Source: Escherichia phage 348Ecol098PP
Strand: one strand, 5' to 3'
Sequence record: OR062947.1
DNA length: 64,000 nucleotides
Shown: positions 54,226 to 63,419 of the stretch, piece after piece
Layout: every line of letters starts with the position of its first letter
Numbering within the stretch: position 1 is the stretch's first letter
The notes under the pieces: generated by a model
Database searches by the model: none
Told to the model about the DNA's origin: nothing
The model's input: only the letters and a program-made list of their open reading frames with translations
Program-made: the position numbers and the translations under genes

Positions 54226-55911
54226 ATGAAAAAAGCTGTTATTCTTGGTGCTGGACTAGCAACTCGTTTGTATCCAATAACGCATCATATTCCTAAGGTG
54301 CTTGTTAACTATAAACAAGACACTATTCTGAGCAATTTGTATACAATTTATTCTGACCTTGGCGCAGATGAAATTATTGTAGTAGTTCATTCAAAATTTG
54401 CTGGAACTGTTCGAGCTTATTGTGAGCAAGAAGGGTTCAATGTGACTATTCGTACAGTTGATGAAGCGTATGGTTCTGCTTATGCTCTTGCTAAATTGCA
54501 CAAAGATTTAGACGGCCATAATGTAATTGTTAACTGGTGTGATATTATTCCTGATTTTGGTTCATGGTCTTGGAATGTTAACGCAATCTATGTTAAGGGT
54601 GACGAATGTCGATATAATTTCGACGGTGAAAATATCACTAACGTAGGTTCAACAGGTGGTAATGTTGTAGGAATTTACCAGTTCAAAGACTGGGAATTCT
54701 ATATGGGTTCTACCGATGAGGAAATTCATGAATACTGCAAAGGACGTGATTTCGTAGAATTCCTTTACGGCAGTGCATTCAATAAATCAGAGCTTATGAA
54801 TCTAATTGATTTAGGTGATATGCCTAAACTTGAAAAGGCTCATGAAGTTCGTGAACTTAATCGTAGTTTTAATGCAGTTGAAATTGGTGAAGAAACTGTA
54901 ACTAAATTCGCATTAACCGAACAAGGCCGAGCTCTTCAGAAAGATGAGATTTCATGGTATCTTAAAGTGAAATCAGATTCAGTTCCTCAGTTAGTTTCTG
55001 TTAATGAAAATAACTTTGAAATGGAACGCATTAAAGGTAAGCCGGCATTTGAATATATTAAATCCAAATCGAGTCTCGCTCGTCCACAAATTGTTGATGC
55101 AATTTTAGATGCACTGAAATTCAGCACAGACACTTATTTTGTAAGTCCTGAAACTGTTCGTCGTGATTTCACTAAAGAATTCTATACGAAAGTTATTGAT
55201 CGTTGTGAAAGTATTCAACCATTGATTGATTCATTTGGTAAAATAACACATGTGAACTACACTAAGATTGGGCGTCTGAAGCCAATGTTGAAACAAGCTT
55301 TAGAACACCTTATTCGTTATCATAACCGTTCTCAGGGACAGTACTCTGTTATTCATGGTGACCCGAACTTCAGTAATACTATGATTACTGATAATGGCGA
55401 AGTCAAGTTTATCGACCCTCGTGGATATTTTGGTGAAACCAAGATTTACGGGCCAAAATTGTATGATGAAGCTAAAGTGCTTTACGCTGTTTCAGGATAT
55501 GATGAATTCAACGCTAATCCGACCTGGGGGCAGTTTACTATTGATGAAACAACTTGTAATGTGACTATTAACATCAATCCATTAGTTTACAAATATGGAA
55601 AGATGAGTTCGTTTAACGAGTATCATCATTTGGCGGTGGCAATTATCTGGATTGCATTAGGTGGTTATTTCAAGAATAATCCACTTAAAGCGGTAGCCGC
55701 ATATTATAAAGGTATGGAACTTCTGACTAAGCAATTACGTAACATGGGCCGTGTACTTCAGGACGGCACCATTAGTTATGACGTAGCAGAACCTGTAACG
55801 GCTACTCTGATTACAAAAAATCCTGGTAAATGGGTACTAACTGATAAAGAAACTGGTGTTTCCTATCGTCCAATCGGTGGCGATATCACTCATCAATGGG
55901 AACGAATCTAA
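54226..55911 (+). CDS. bifunctional sugar-1-phosphate nucleotidyltransferase / APH-like sugar kinase
   Basis: N-terminus AVILGAGLATRL (NDP-sugar pyrophosphorylase); C-terminal HGDPNFSN and FIDPRG (APH/choline-kinase fold). Confidence 0.8.
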   Translation: MKKAVILGAGLATRLYPITHHIPKVLVNYKQDTILSNLYTIYSDLGADEIIVVVHSKFAGTVRAYCEQEGFNVTIRTVDEAYGSAYALAKLHKDLDGHNVIVNWCDIIPDFGSWSWNVNAIYVKGDECRYNFDGENITNVGSTGGNVVGIYQFKDWEFYMGSTDEEIHEYCKGRDFVEFLYGSAFNKSELMNLIDLGDMPKLEKAHEVRELNRSFNAVEIGEETVTKFALTEQGRALQKDEISWYLKVKSDSVPQLVSVNENNFEMERIKGKPAFEYIKSKSSLARPQIVDAILDALKFSTDTYFVSPETVRRDFTKEFYTKVIDRCESIQPLIDSFGKITHVNYTKIGRLKPMLKQALEHLIRYHNRSQGQYSVIHGDPNFSNTMITDNGEVKFIDPRGYFGETKIYGPKLYDEAKVLYAVSGYDEFNANPTWGQFTIDETTCNVTININPLVYKYGKMSSFNEYHHLAVAIIWIALGGYFKNNPLKAVAAYYKGMELLTKQLRNMGRVLQDGTISYDVAEPVTATLITKNPGKWVLTDKETGVSYRPIGGDITHQWERI

Positions 55912-56297
55912 TGCACCGTGTAGAAAACATGCTTAATCTTTGTTTTGATGTCGATGATTGTATAACAGAGTGGAATAACAATCGTGATTACGTGAACTTC
56001 AAACCAGACGTCGAAATGGTGTCTGCCATTAATGCCCTATATGATGCAGGGCATACCATAACGCTTTACACTGCTCGCGGTATGAAGTCAGTAGGTCCTG
56101 GTCGTATAGCAATTGACATTCTCCCAAGTCTGATTCAGAACTTGGCAAACATTGGCTTGAAGTACCATAATTTGCTAACACATAAACCAGTATATGATTG
56201 GATTATCGACGACAAAGCTATGCGTCCTGACGAATTCAAAGCTCTTATGAATAAAGGCGAATTCGAAACATTTAAATCATATAAACCGAATCTATAA
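55911..56297 (+). CDS. HAD-superfamily phosphatase (KdsC-like)
   Basis: Motif I FDVDD, later T, K-P and DD motifs. Confidence 0.7.
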   Translation: MHRVENMLNLCFDVDDCITEWNNNRDYVNFKPDVEMVSAINALYDAGHTITLYTARGMKSVGPGRIAIDILPSLIQNLANIGLKYHNLLTHKPVYDWIIDDKAMRPDEFKALMNKGEFETFKSYKPNL

Positions 56298-56351
56298 TAA
56301 TTTAAGTAAGACCTGCAAAAACCATCGCAACAATTAACGCGAGATGCAAAA

Positions 56352-57512
56352 ATGAATACCTTTAAAATCGGAACGAATTTTGATTTAGCTCTTCTTGATA
56401 AAATCGTAGAGCTCAATAAAACTTATCCTAATAGCTTGATAAACGAAGTATACGGCTCTACAAGAGAAATGGCTTTTGTAGCAGCCAGACCTGATTTTAG
56501 GCTTCCTGACGTTGACAAAAAGATGTTAGAAGATTACGTTAAACGTTGTAACGAATTAGGTATTTGCTTTAACTATACACTCAACACGATAAATCCTGGT
56601 TCAAAAAGAGAACTAGTTGAGTGGAAGAAGAAAGCTATTCAGGATTATGTTCAGTATCTTTGGTCAATAGGCGTATGGCGTATTACTATCGCTAACCCTG
56701 TTGTTATGGAAATTGTTCGTGAAGTCAATAAAGACATTGAGATTGAAGTTTCAACAATTCTACATGTCGATGCTGTAACTCAAATCAAATACTTGCATGA
56801 CCAATATAATATCAAAAAGGTCTGCTGTGGAATTCATAAGAACCGTTCAGTTTCTTTCCTGAAGCGTGCAGCAGAGTTTTGCAATAAGAACAATATAATA
56901 TTTGAAGTTCTCGTAAATGAATTCTGCTCTAATGCTGGTAAAGGGTATACAACACATTGTAGTTATCGTGACTCTTGCTATATTTTCCATAGCACCGATG
57001 TTACAGTAGATGATGCCAAATCCTTAAATGGATATCCTATGCAGCACTGTATTAAAGCTCGTGATACAGACCCATTTAACTGGTTGAGAACTCGTTTTGT
57101 TCGTCCTCAAGATTTGAAACTTTATAATGATATTGGTATCACTCAATTCAAAGTTTCAGGACGTACAGGTAGCACCGACTACATTTTGAAAGTTCTTGAA
57201 GCTTATGCTTCTGAAAAGTTTGAAGGTAATTTGTTGGAATTGTGGAAGCCTTTAGAGACTATTTTCACTCTTGAAAATGAGACCGAGTTTTCACATACGG
57301 TAAATATTGAAACCTCTTTGTTAGATGGCTTTTTAGAAAAAAGGTGGTTCAAACATCCAGATTTCGATTGTGCTAATGAAATCTGCGGGACGACGTGTAC
57401 ATATTGTGAAAGATATTATAAACGTCAGTTATCTAAAAATGGGTTAGCAGAAAACTCTATATCTATTATTGATATAACTAACTCTGATGACGCTTTGAGG
57501 TACCCGGAATGA
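56352..57512 (+). CDS. Cys-rich enzyme of unknown function (possible metal / Fe-S binding)
   Basis: 386 aa; Cys clusters C-x10-C-x5-C and C-x5-C-x3-C-x2-C near C-terminus. Confidence 0.6.
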   Translation: MNTFKIGTNFDLALLDKIVELNKTYPNSLINEVYGSTREMAFVAARPDFRLPDVDKKMLEDYVKRCNELGICFNYTLNTINPGSKRELVEWKKKAIQDYVQYLWSIGVWRITIANPVVMEIVREVNKDIEIEVSTILHVDAVTQIKYLHDQYNIKKVCCGIHKNRSVSFLKRAAEFCNKNNIIFEVLVNEFCSNAGKGYTTHCSYRDSCYIFHSTDVTVDDAKSLNGYPMQHCIKARDTDPFNWLRTRFVRPQDLKLYNDIGITQFKVSGRTGSTDYILKVLEAYASEKFEGNLLELWKPLETIFTLENETEFSHTVNIETSLLDGFLEKRWFKHPDFDCANEICGTTCTYCERYYKRQLSKNGLAENSISIIDITNSDDALRYPE

Positions 57513-57670
57513 TTTCTAGAAAAACTTTTAACCACCAACTTAATGAAGAGATTTTGACTATGAAAATTAACAGCAACGAACAAATTCTTAAAAAGGCCCT
57601 TATGGGCCTGTTTGAAACTAAAGCGGCTAAAGTGATTAAAGAAACCTGTTCAACTAGAATACTACGCTGA
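57509..57670 (+). CDS. small hypothetical ORF (53 aa), possibly frameshifted gene
   Basis: ATG overlaps upstream stop; downstream frame continues protein-like to 57749. Confidence 0.3.
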   Translation: MISRKTFNHQLNEEILTMKINSNEQILKKALMGLFETKAAKVIKETCSTRILR

Positions 57671-57745
57671 TGCATTTCTTCATAGTGTTCTTGGAAGTAT
57701 CGATGCTGAAGCTTTACGTTATATCAACATCGCTAAGAAATTCAA

Positions 57746-57772
57746 ATAAGCTTTATGAATTGAGTATATAAT
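57746..57772 (+). promoter_or_regulatory. candidate MotA-dependent middle promoter for gene 42
   Basis: MotA-box-like AAGCTTTA, 11-nt spacer, TATAAT. Confidence 0.45.
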
Positions 57773-57790
57773 AACTGTATTGAGGTAAAC

Positions 57791-58507
57791 ATGGGAAAAC
57801 ATAACACAATGAAATATATTAAAGCCGCAGATTTTCAATCCGCATTTAAAGCTGTCAATCGTGAAATTTTAGAAAATCCACAGTTCGTTACTGACTCTCG
57901 TATTGGACGTTGTAATGAAATTGGGTCTATGACAGTAGTTGTTGATACCCCTTCATCATTCAAAATGACCGACCCACGTATTAATCGCATCTCTTATGAA
58001 TATGCTGAAGATTTCTGGAAATTTATGATTTCTGGTGGTACTGATGCAGAAGAAGCATTTAAGGCATATCCTAACGTTGCTAAATTTATTTCTAAACCTA
58101 AATCAGATGCTTTGCCTGCAAACTTCAACACTTTCTACGGTCCACGAATTGCGGCCCAGTTACCAGCTCTTCTCAAAGAACTTAAAGAGAAACCTAATTC
58201 ACGAAGAGTTGTGTTTCAAATTCTTGAAAGTTCAGATCAGGCTTTGCTTGATTCGGATGAAACACTTGAATATCCATGTACTGACTCAGTGACTTATTAT
58301 ATTCGTGATGGTAAGCTTTATACCCACTGTCATATGCGTTCTCAGAACTGTGCTGTTGTTATGCAGTTGGATTTTTATCTCCAAGGAAAATTACTTCATT
58401 ATATCGCTAACGAATGTGGTGTAGAAGTTGGTGATTATACTCATACCATGGTAAGTGCCCATGTGTTTGAACGTGATTTTGATTATGTTAAAGGATTCCT
58501 TGACTAA
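57791..58507 (+). CDS. 42: dCMP hydroxymethylase gp42-like (thymidylate synthase fold)
   Basis: TS-family motifs RRVVFQIL, PCTDSVTYYIRDGKLYTHCHMRSQN, AHVFE; position between 43 and uvsX. Confidence 0.75.
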   Translation: MGKHNTMKYIKAADFQSAFKAVNREILENPQFVTDSRIGRCNEIGSMTVVVDTPSSFKMTDPRINRISYEYAEDFWKFMISGGTDAEEAFKAYPNVAKFISKPKSDALPANFNTFYGPRIAAQLPALLKELKEKPNSRRVVFQILESSDQALLDSDETLEYPCTDSVTYYIRDGKLYTHCHMRSQNCAVVMQLDFYLQGKLLHYIANECGVEVGDYTHTMVSAHVFERDFDYVKGFLD

Positions 58508-59406
58508 TGGCTATTTTCCGCGTACCTATCTTGAGTATGCGGTCTTATGAAACTGGACAGTATGCTATCCTTAAGGATGGCAACTTCCAACTTCATTTGC
58601 ACCGTGCTAATCCGGGTGATGTGATTACATATCCACGTAATGCATCTGATATTAAAGAATGTGAACGTCTTTTCCCAGAATTTAAGTTTGTTCCATTATG
58701 GTATAAAGATAACGCATATAACACTCGTAAATATTTCTGGTCTGAAAATGAATTTGTGGTTGATTCATTAATTGATTATTATGATTGTGATTTTCTAATC
58801 ACAGATATCACTGGATATGACGGTACTTTTGACGTAGAATTCAATTTCAATATCACTGCAGACCCTAATAAACCACGTTTTTATATTGACGAATTCTTAA
58901 AAACCGATATGTTGTCGGTTAATCGTTCACTTCAAACTACTGTGTTGAATAAACGTCAAAAGGAAGTGCTGGTTAACGCTGGTGCCGATGGTAATAAGAT
59001 TATCGTAACCCAGAAAGTTATACGTCCTTCCATCATGCAGCGTCTTGTAGGTGATTTGGCTCCTATTCATCTAGATGGTATTTTTCATCCATTTCGAATT
59101 AGTGATCCGTGCTATCGTTTTGAACAAGTGGTTGAATGCGCGATTCAATTAGGTCAACCGCTTTATATAACCGATCCAAATAATAGCTTCGACAGAAATA
59201 AGTATCCTGAAGAAGCGTTGATTCGAATTTTTAAACCAACTAAAACTGAGTACTATCAAATTCTTAAAGGACGACCGAAGATTCAATATTTCGAAAATCC
59301 TGAAGAAGTATTTCATCCAGGTCTTGGTGAGTTCATCTACTTTAACGCTTTAATTTCTTCGCCGTATAATATACCTAAATATGAAGATGTCGTAATCGAG
59401 GAATAA
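58507..59406 (+). CDS. hypothetical protein in the beta-glucosyltransferase position
   Basis: 299 aa, no resemblance to recalled T4 beta-gt; ATGA coupling to gene 42. Confidence 0.6.
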   Translation: MAIFRVPILSMRSYETGQYAILKDGNFQLHLHRANPGDVITYPRNASDIKECERLFPEFKFVPLWYKDNAYNTRKYFWSENEFVVDSLIDYYDCDFLITDITGYDGTFDVEFNFNITADPNKPRFYIDEFLKTDMLSVNRSLQTTVLNKRQKEVLVNAGADGNKIIVTQKVIRPSIMQRLVGDLAPIHLDGIFHPFRISDPCYRFEQVVECAIQLGQPLYITDPNNSFDRNKYPEEALIRIFKPTKTEYYQILKGRPKIQYFENPEEVFHPGLGEFIYFNALISSPYNIPKYEDVVIEE

Positions 59407-59407
59407 A

Positions 59408-59956
59408 ATGGCTAAAATTATTTTAGTAGATGGCCCAGATAATGCTGGTAAAACAACTTTCATTAATGACATAATGGAAATTAGTGAAAGATATGTAAAG
59501 ATTGATTTCCCTAAACGAACAGTTGATGGACGTTTCGATGTTAAGTCTCGAAATGAAGTTGGCTGTTTCGAAACGATGTTGAATTATTTAGACCCTACTA
59601 AGATTTATCTGTTAGACCGTGGATATATTAGTAACTGGGTTTATGGACGTATTCGACAAGACGCGGACTCGGTTCTTGACGTTTATGAACAGGATTATGT
59701 TCGTCTTTGCCAAAACCATGATGTGTTCACAATTATTTTAACACGTAACGAAATGACTGAAAGTTTTGAAGACGACCTTATTACTTTGTCTTCATTCGGT
59801 TTTAATACAGTCATTTCACATTTTGAAGAGTTTGCAATTCATAACAAAATCCAAACGTATCAATTACTTAATCATGATGGTGCTAACAAAGTTATAGGAT
59901 TTAATGCAAGCGAACGTAATGATTTGATTACAGAAATCATCAAATGGGCTCGTTAA
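59408..59956 (+). CDS. thymidylate-kinase-like P-loop nucleotide kinase
   Basis: P-loop VDGPDNAGKTT and DRGYISNWVYG resembling the TMK DRY motif. Confidence 0.65.
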   Translation: MAKIILVDGPDNAGKTTFINDIMEISERYVKIDFPKRTVDGRFDVKSRNEVGCFETMLNYLDPTKIYLLDRGYISNWVYGRIRQDADSVLDVYEQDYVRLCQNHDVFTIILTRNEMTESFEDDLITLSSFGFNTVISHFEEFAIHNKIQTYQLLNHDGANKVIGFNASERNDLITEIIKWAR

Positions 59957-59974
59957 GAGCCATTTAAAGTTTTA

Positions 59975-60002
59975 AATGCTGTATAACCCTTAGTATATAA
60001 TC
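59975..60002 (+). promoter_or_regulatory. candidate middle promoter upstream of uvsX
   Basis: aTGCTGTA box, 13-nt spacer, TATAAT. Confidence 0.35.
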
Positions 60003-60054
60003 ATCTTATCTTTTAAACATGAGTAAAATATAATGATGCCTATGGAAAAATACA

Positions 60055-61227
60055 ATGTCTGATTTAAAATCTCGTCTGATTAAAGCTTCTACTTCTAAAA
60101 TGACTGCAGACTTGACTAAGTCTAAGCTGTTTAATAATCGTGATGAAGTCCCTACTCGTATTCCGATGTTGAATATTGCACTAGGTGGTGCTCTGAATGC
60201 AGGATTGCAATCAGGCTTGACTATTTTTGCTGCACCTTCTAAACATTTTAAAACATTGTTTGGACTGACCATGGTTGCAGCATATATGAAGAAATATAAA
60301 GATGCAATTTGTTTGTTCTATGATTCAGAATTTGGTGCTTCAGAATCTTATTTTCGTTCAATGGGTGTTGATTTAGACCGTGTAGTTCATACTCCGATTC
60401 AATCTGTCGAACAACTTAAAGTTGATATGACTAATCAGCTTGACGCGATTGAACGTGGTGATAAAGTTATTATCTTTATCGATTCAATCGGTAATACTGC
60501 ATCTAAGAAAGAAACCGAAGATGCGTTGAACGAGAAAGTTGTAGGTGATATGTCTCGTGCTAAGGCACTTAAATCTCTGTTCCGCATTGTGACTCCTTAT
60601 CTGACTATTAAAGATATTCCATGTGTTGCAATCAACCATACAGCAATGGAAATCGGCGGACTATATCCTAAAGAGATTATGGGCGGCGGTACAGGTATTC
60701 TTTACTCTGCTAACACTGTATTCTTTATCTCTAAACGTCAGGTTAAAGAAGGTACAGAATTGACCGGTTATGACTTCACGTTGAAAGCAGAAAAATCTCG
60801 CACAGTTAAAGAGAAATCTACTTTCCCGATCACGGTTAATTTTGATGGCGGTATTGACCCATTCAGTGGCTTGTTAGAAATGGCAACTGAAATTGGTTTT
60901 GTAGTTAAGCCTAAAGCCGGGTGGTATGCTCGTGAATTCCTTGACGAAGAAACAGGCGAAATGATTCGTGAAGAAAAATCATGGCGTGCTAAAGCTACTG
61001 ATTGTGTAGAATTTTGGGGGCCGTTGTTTAAACATAAGCCTTTCCGAGATGCAATTGAAACTAAATATAAACTAGGTGCTATCTCTTCTATTAAAGAAGT
61101 TGATGACGCTGTTAACGACCTTATTAATTGCAAAGCAACAACTAAAGTTCCGGTTAAAACTTCTGATGCTCCGTCTGCAGCAGATATAGAAAACGACCTT
61201 GACGAAATGGAAGATTTCGATGAATAA
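60055..61227 (+). CDS. uvsX: RecA-like recombinase UvsX
   Basis: MSDLKSRLIKASTSKMTADLTKSKLFNNRDEV...; RecA fold motifs. Confidence 0.95.
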   Translation: MSDLKSRLIKASTSKMTADLTKSKLFNNRDEVPTRIPMLNIALGGALNAGLQSGLTIFAAPSKHFKTLFGLTMVAAYMKKYKDAICLFYDSEFGASESYFRSMGVDLDRVVHTPIQSVEQLKVDMTNQLDAIERGDKVIIFIDSIGNTASKKETEDALNEKVVGDMSRAKALKSLFRIVTPYLTIKDIPCVAINHTAMEIGGLYPKEIMGGGTGILYSANTVFFISKRQVKEGTELTGYDFTLKAEKSRTVKEKSTFPITVNFDGGIDPFSGLLEMATEIGFVVKPKAGWYAREFLDEETGEMIREEKSWRAKATDCVEFWGPLFKHKPFRDAIETKYKLGAISSIKEVDDAVNDLINCKATTKVPVKTSDAPSAADIENDLDEMEDFDE

Positions 61228-61561
61228 TCTCGATGATTTAAATCTAGAAATCGTTGATGAATCCCCTTCTTCGGAAGGGGAAGACATTCGCAAAGAACGA
61301 GTGTTTAATGAATCTCTTAAAATTGTCCGTTCAGCAATGGAAAATGTCATTCAAGAGATTCTGATTACACTTGAAGACGGTTCCCATCATATAGTCTATA
61401 TTACAAAACTAGACTGGGTTGATGGTAAAATCGTAATGGACTTTGCAGTTCTTGACCAGGACAGAAAAGCAGAACTTGCACCACATGTTGAAAAATGTGT
61501 TACAATGCAAGTACAACAAGCTTTTAATGAACGAACCAAGAAAAAATTTAAATTCTTTTAA
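61220..61561 (+). CDS. 40: head vertex assembly chaperone gp40
   Basis: 113 aa overlapping uvsX stop; position between uvsX and 41. Confidence 0.7.
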   Translation: MNNLDDLNLEIVDESPSSEGEDIRKERVFNESLKIVRSAMENVIQEILITLEDGSHHIVYITKLDWVDGKIVMDFAVLDQDRKAELAPHVEKCVTMQVQQAFNERTKKKFKFF

Positions 61562-61570
61562 GGAGTTATC

Positions 61571-63013
61571 GTGGTAGAAATTATTTTGTCTCATCTAGTA
61601 TACGACCAGGCTTATTTTTCTAAGGTCTGGCCTTATATGGATTCTGAGTATTTTGAGCGTGGACCGGCAAAAAATGTCTTTAAAATTATAAAGAGCCACG
61701 TTAACGAATATAATGCAATGCCATCTATCAATGCGTTAAAGGTGGCTTTAGATAACAGTTCTTTAACTGAAGCCGAATATAAAGGAACTTCAGACCTAAT
61801 TGAAAAATTGGCTGATACTCCTGAAGACCACGAATGGTTGGTTAAAGAAACTGAGAAATATGTCCAGCAAAAAGCGATGTATAACGCTACATCCAAAATC
61901 ATTGAGATTCAGTCTAATGCTGAACTACCTCCAGAACAACGTAACAAGAAAATGCCTGACGTAGGAGCTATTCCTGATATTATGCGTCAAGCACTTTCAA
62001 TTTCGTTTGATAGTTATGTTGGGCATGACTGGATGGAAGACTACGAAGCACGCTGGCTTTCTTATCTGAACAAAGCACGTAAGGTCCCGTTCAAATTAAA
62101 CATTTTGAATAAAATCACTAAAGGTGGTGCTGAAACCGGTACACTAAACGTTTTAATGGCTGGTGTTAACGTCGGTAAATCTTTAGGCCTTTGTTCACTT
62201 GCTGCAGATTATCTTCAAACAGGTCATAATGTTCTTTATATTTCCATGGAAATGGCTGAAGAAGTTTGTGCTAAGCGTATAGATGCAAACATGCTTGACG
62301 TATCACTTGATGATATTGATGATGGTAACGTATCTTATGCTGAATATAAAGCCAAGATGGAAAAATGGCGTTCAAAAACAACATTAGGACGTTTAGTAGT
62401 TAAACAGTATCCTACTGGTGGAGCTAATGCTAATACATTCCGTGCATTGCTTAATGAATTGAAACTCAAGAAGAACTTTGTGCCATCTGTAATCATGGTT
62501 GATTACTTAGGTATTTGTGGGTCTTGTCGTATCAGAGTTTACACTGAAAATAGCTACACATTAGTTAAAGCTATCGCAGAAGAACTTCGTGCATTAGCAG
62601 TAGAATCTGAAACAGTTCTATGGACTGCAGCTCAAGTAGGACGTGCAGCATGGGATGCTTCAGACATGAACATGAGTGATATTGCAGAATCAGCAGGTTT
62701 ACCAGCAACGGCAGATTTCATGTTGGCCGTAATTGAAACCGAAGAACTTGCACAAGCTGAACAACAACTTATCAAACAAATCAAATCACGATACGGTGAT
62801 AAGAATAAGTGGAATAAATTCCTGATGGGTGTACGTAAAGGCAACCAGAAATGGATTGAGATTGAGCAAGAAGGCATGAACACACCTAACACAGTAAATG
62901 AAAACGCAGGTGCTCAGATGCGTCAGGCAGAGATGAATCGTACGGAACGCGTAGGTAAAGCCAAAGCAACACGTGCTGACCTAGATAGCTTAGCCAATGA
63001 GTTAAAATTTTAA
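61571..63013 (+). CDS. 41: replicative DNA helicase gp41 (DnaB-like)
   Basis: 480 aa; Walker A GVNVGKS, Walker B IMVDYLG. Confidence 0.9.
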   Translation: MVEIILSHLVYDQAYFSKVWPYMDSEYFERGPAKNVFKIIKSHVNEYNAMPSINALKVALDNSSLTEAEYKGTSDLIEKLADTPEDHEWLVKETEKYVQQKAMYNATSKIIEIQSNAELPPEQRNKKMPDVGAIPDIMRQALSISFDSYVGHDWMEDYEARWLSYLNKARKVPFKLNILNKITKGGAETGTLNVLMAGVNVGKSLGLCSLAADYLQTGHNVLYISMEMAEEVCAKRIDANMLDVSLDDIDDGNVSYAEYKAKMEKWRSKTTLGRLVVKQYPTGGANANTFRALLNELKLKKNFVPSVIMVDYLGICGSCRIRVYTENSYTLVKAIAEELRALAVESETVLWTAAQVGRAAWDASDMNMSDIAESAGLPATADFMLAVIETEELAQAEQQLIKQIKSRYGDKNKWNKFLMGVRKGNQKWIEIEQEGMNTPNTVNENAGAQMRQAEMNRTERVGKAKATRADLDSLANELKF

Positions 63014-63019
63014 TAAAAA

Positions 63020-63038
63020 GGAGACTTCGGTCTCCTTT
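63020..63038 (+). terminator. rho-independent terminator
   Basis: ggagac-ttcg-gtctcc + TTT. Confidence 0.65.
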
Positions 63039-63101
63039 CGGGGTTTACATCTTCCTCTAGGCATGATATGATGTACTTACACCAACCAAGAGGAGAACAA
63101 A

Positions 63102-63419
63102 ATGAAAACCATCGATTGTAAAGCAGAATTTAAGATTTTTTATCACGGTTCAAGTAGTTCAGCTAACATCGAAAACATGCTTTGTCCTCCTGAGGAAACA
63201 GGAGTTCTGTCTGAAACCGGACGTAAGAAAAACTTGGATCGTGTATTCTTTACTGAAGATATCGGTTTAGCAAAGATTTATGCAGGACGAGCAGCACGCT
63301 CTTATGGAGGTGAACCACGTCTCTATCGAGTAATTTCTCCGGTAGACGTAGTTCAAATGAATAATACTAAAGGTGCTACAGTTTATCACGCTGAATGGGC
63401 ATTTTGTGAGGAAATATGA
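63102..63419 (+). CDS. hypothetical protein
   Basis: 105-aa ORF with SD agaggag. Confidence 0.55.
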   Translation: MKTIDCKAEFKIFYHGSSSSANIENMLCPPEETGVLSETGRKKNLDRVFFTEDIGLAKIYAGRAARSYGGEPRLYRVISPVDVVQMNNTKGATVYHAEWAFCEEI

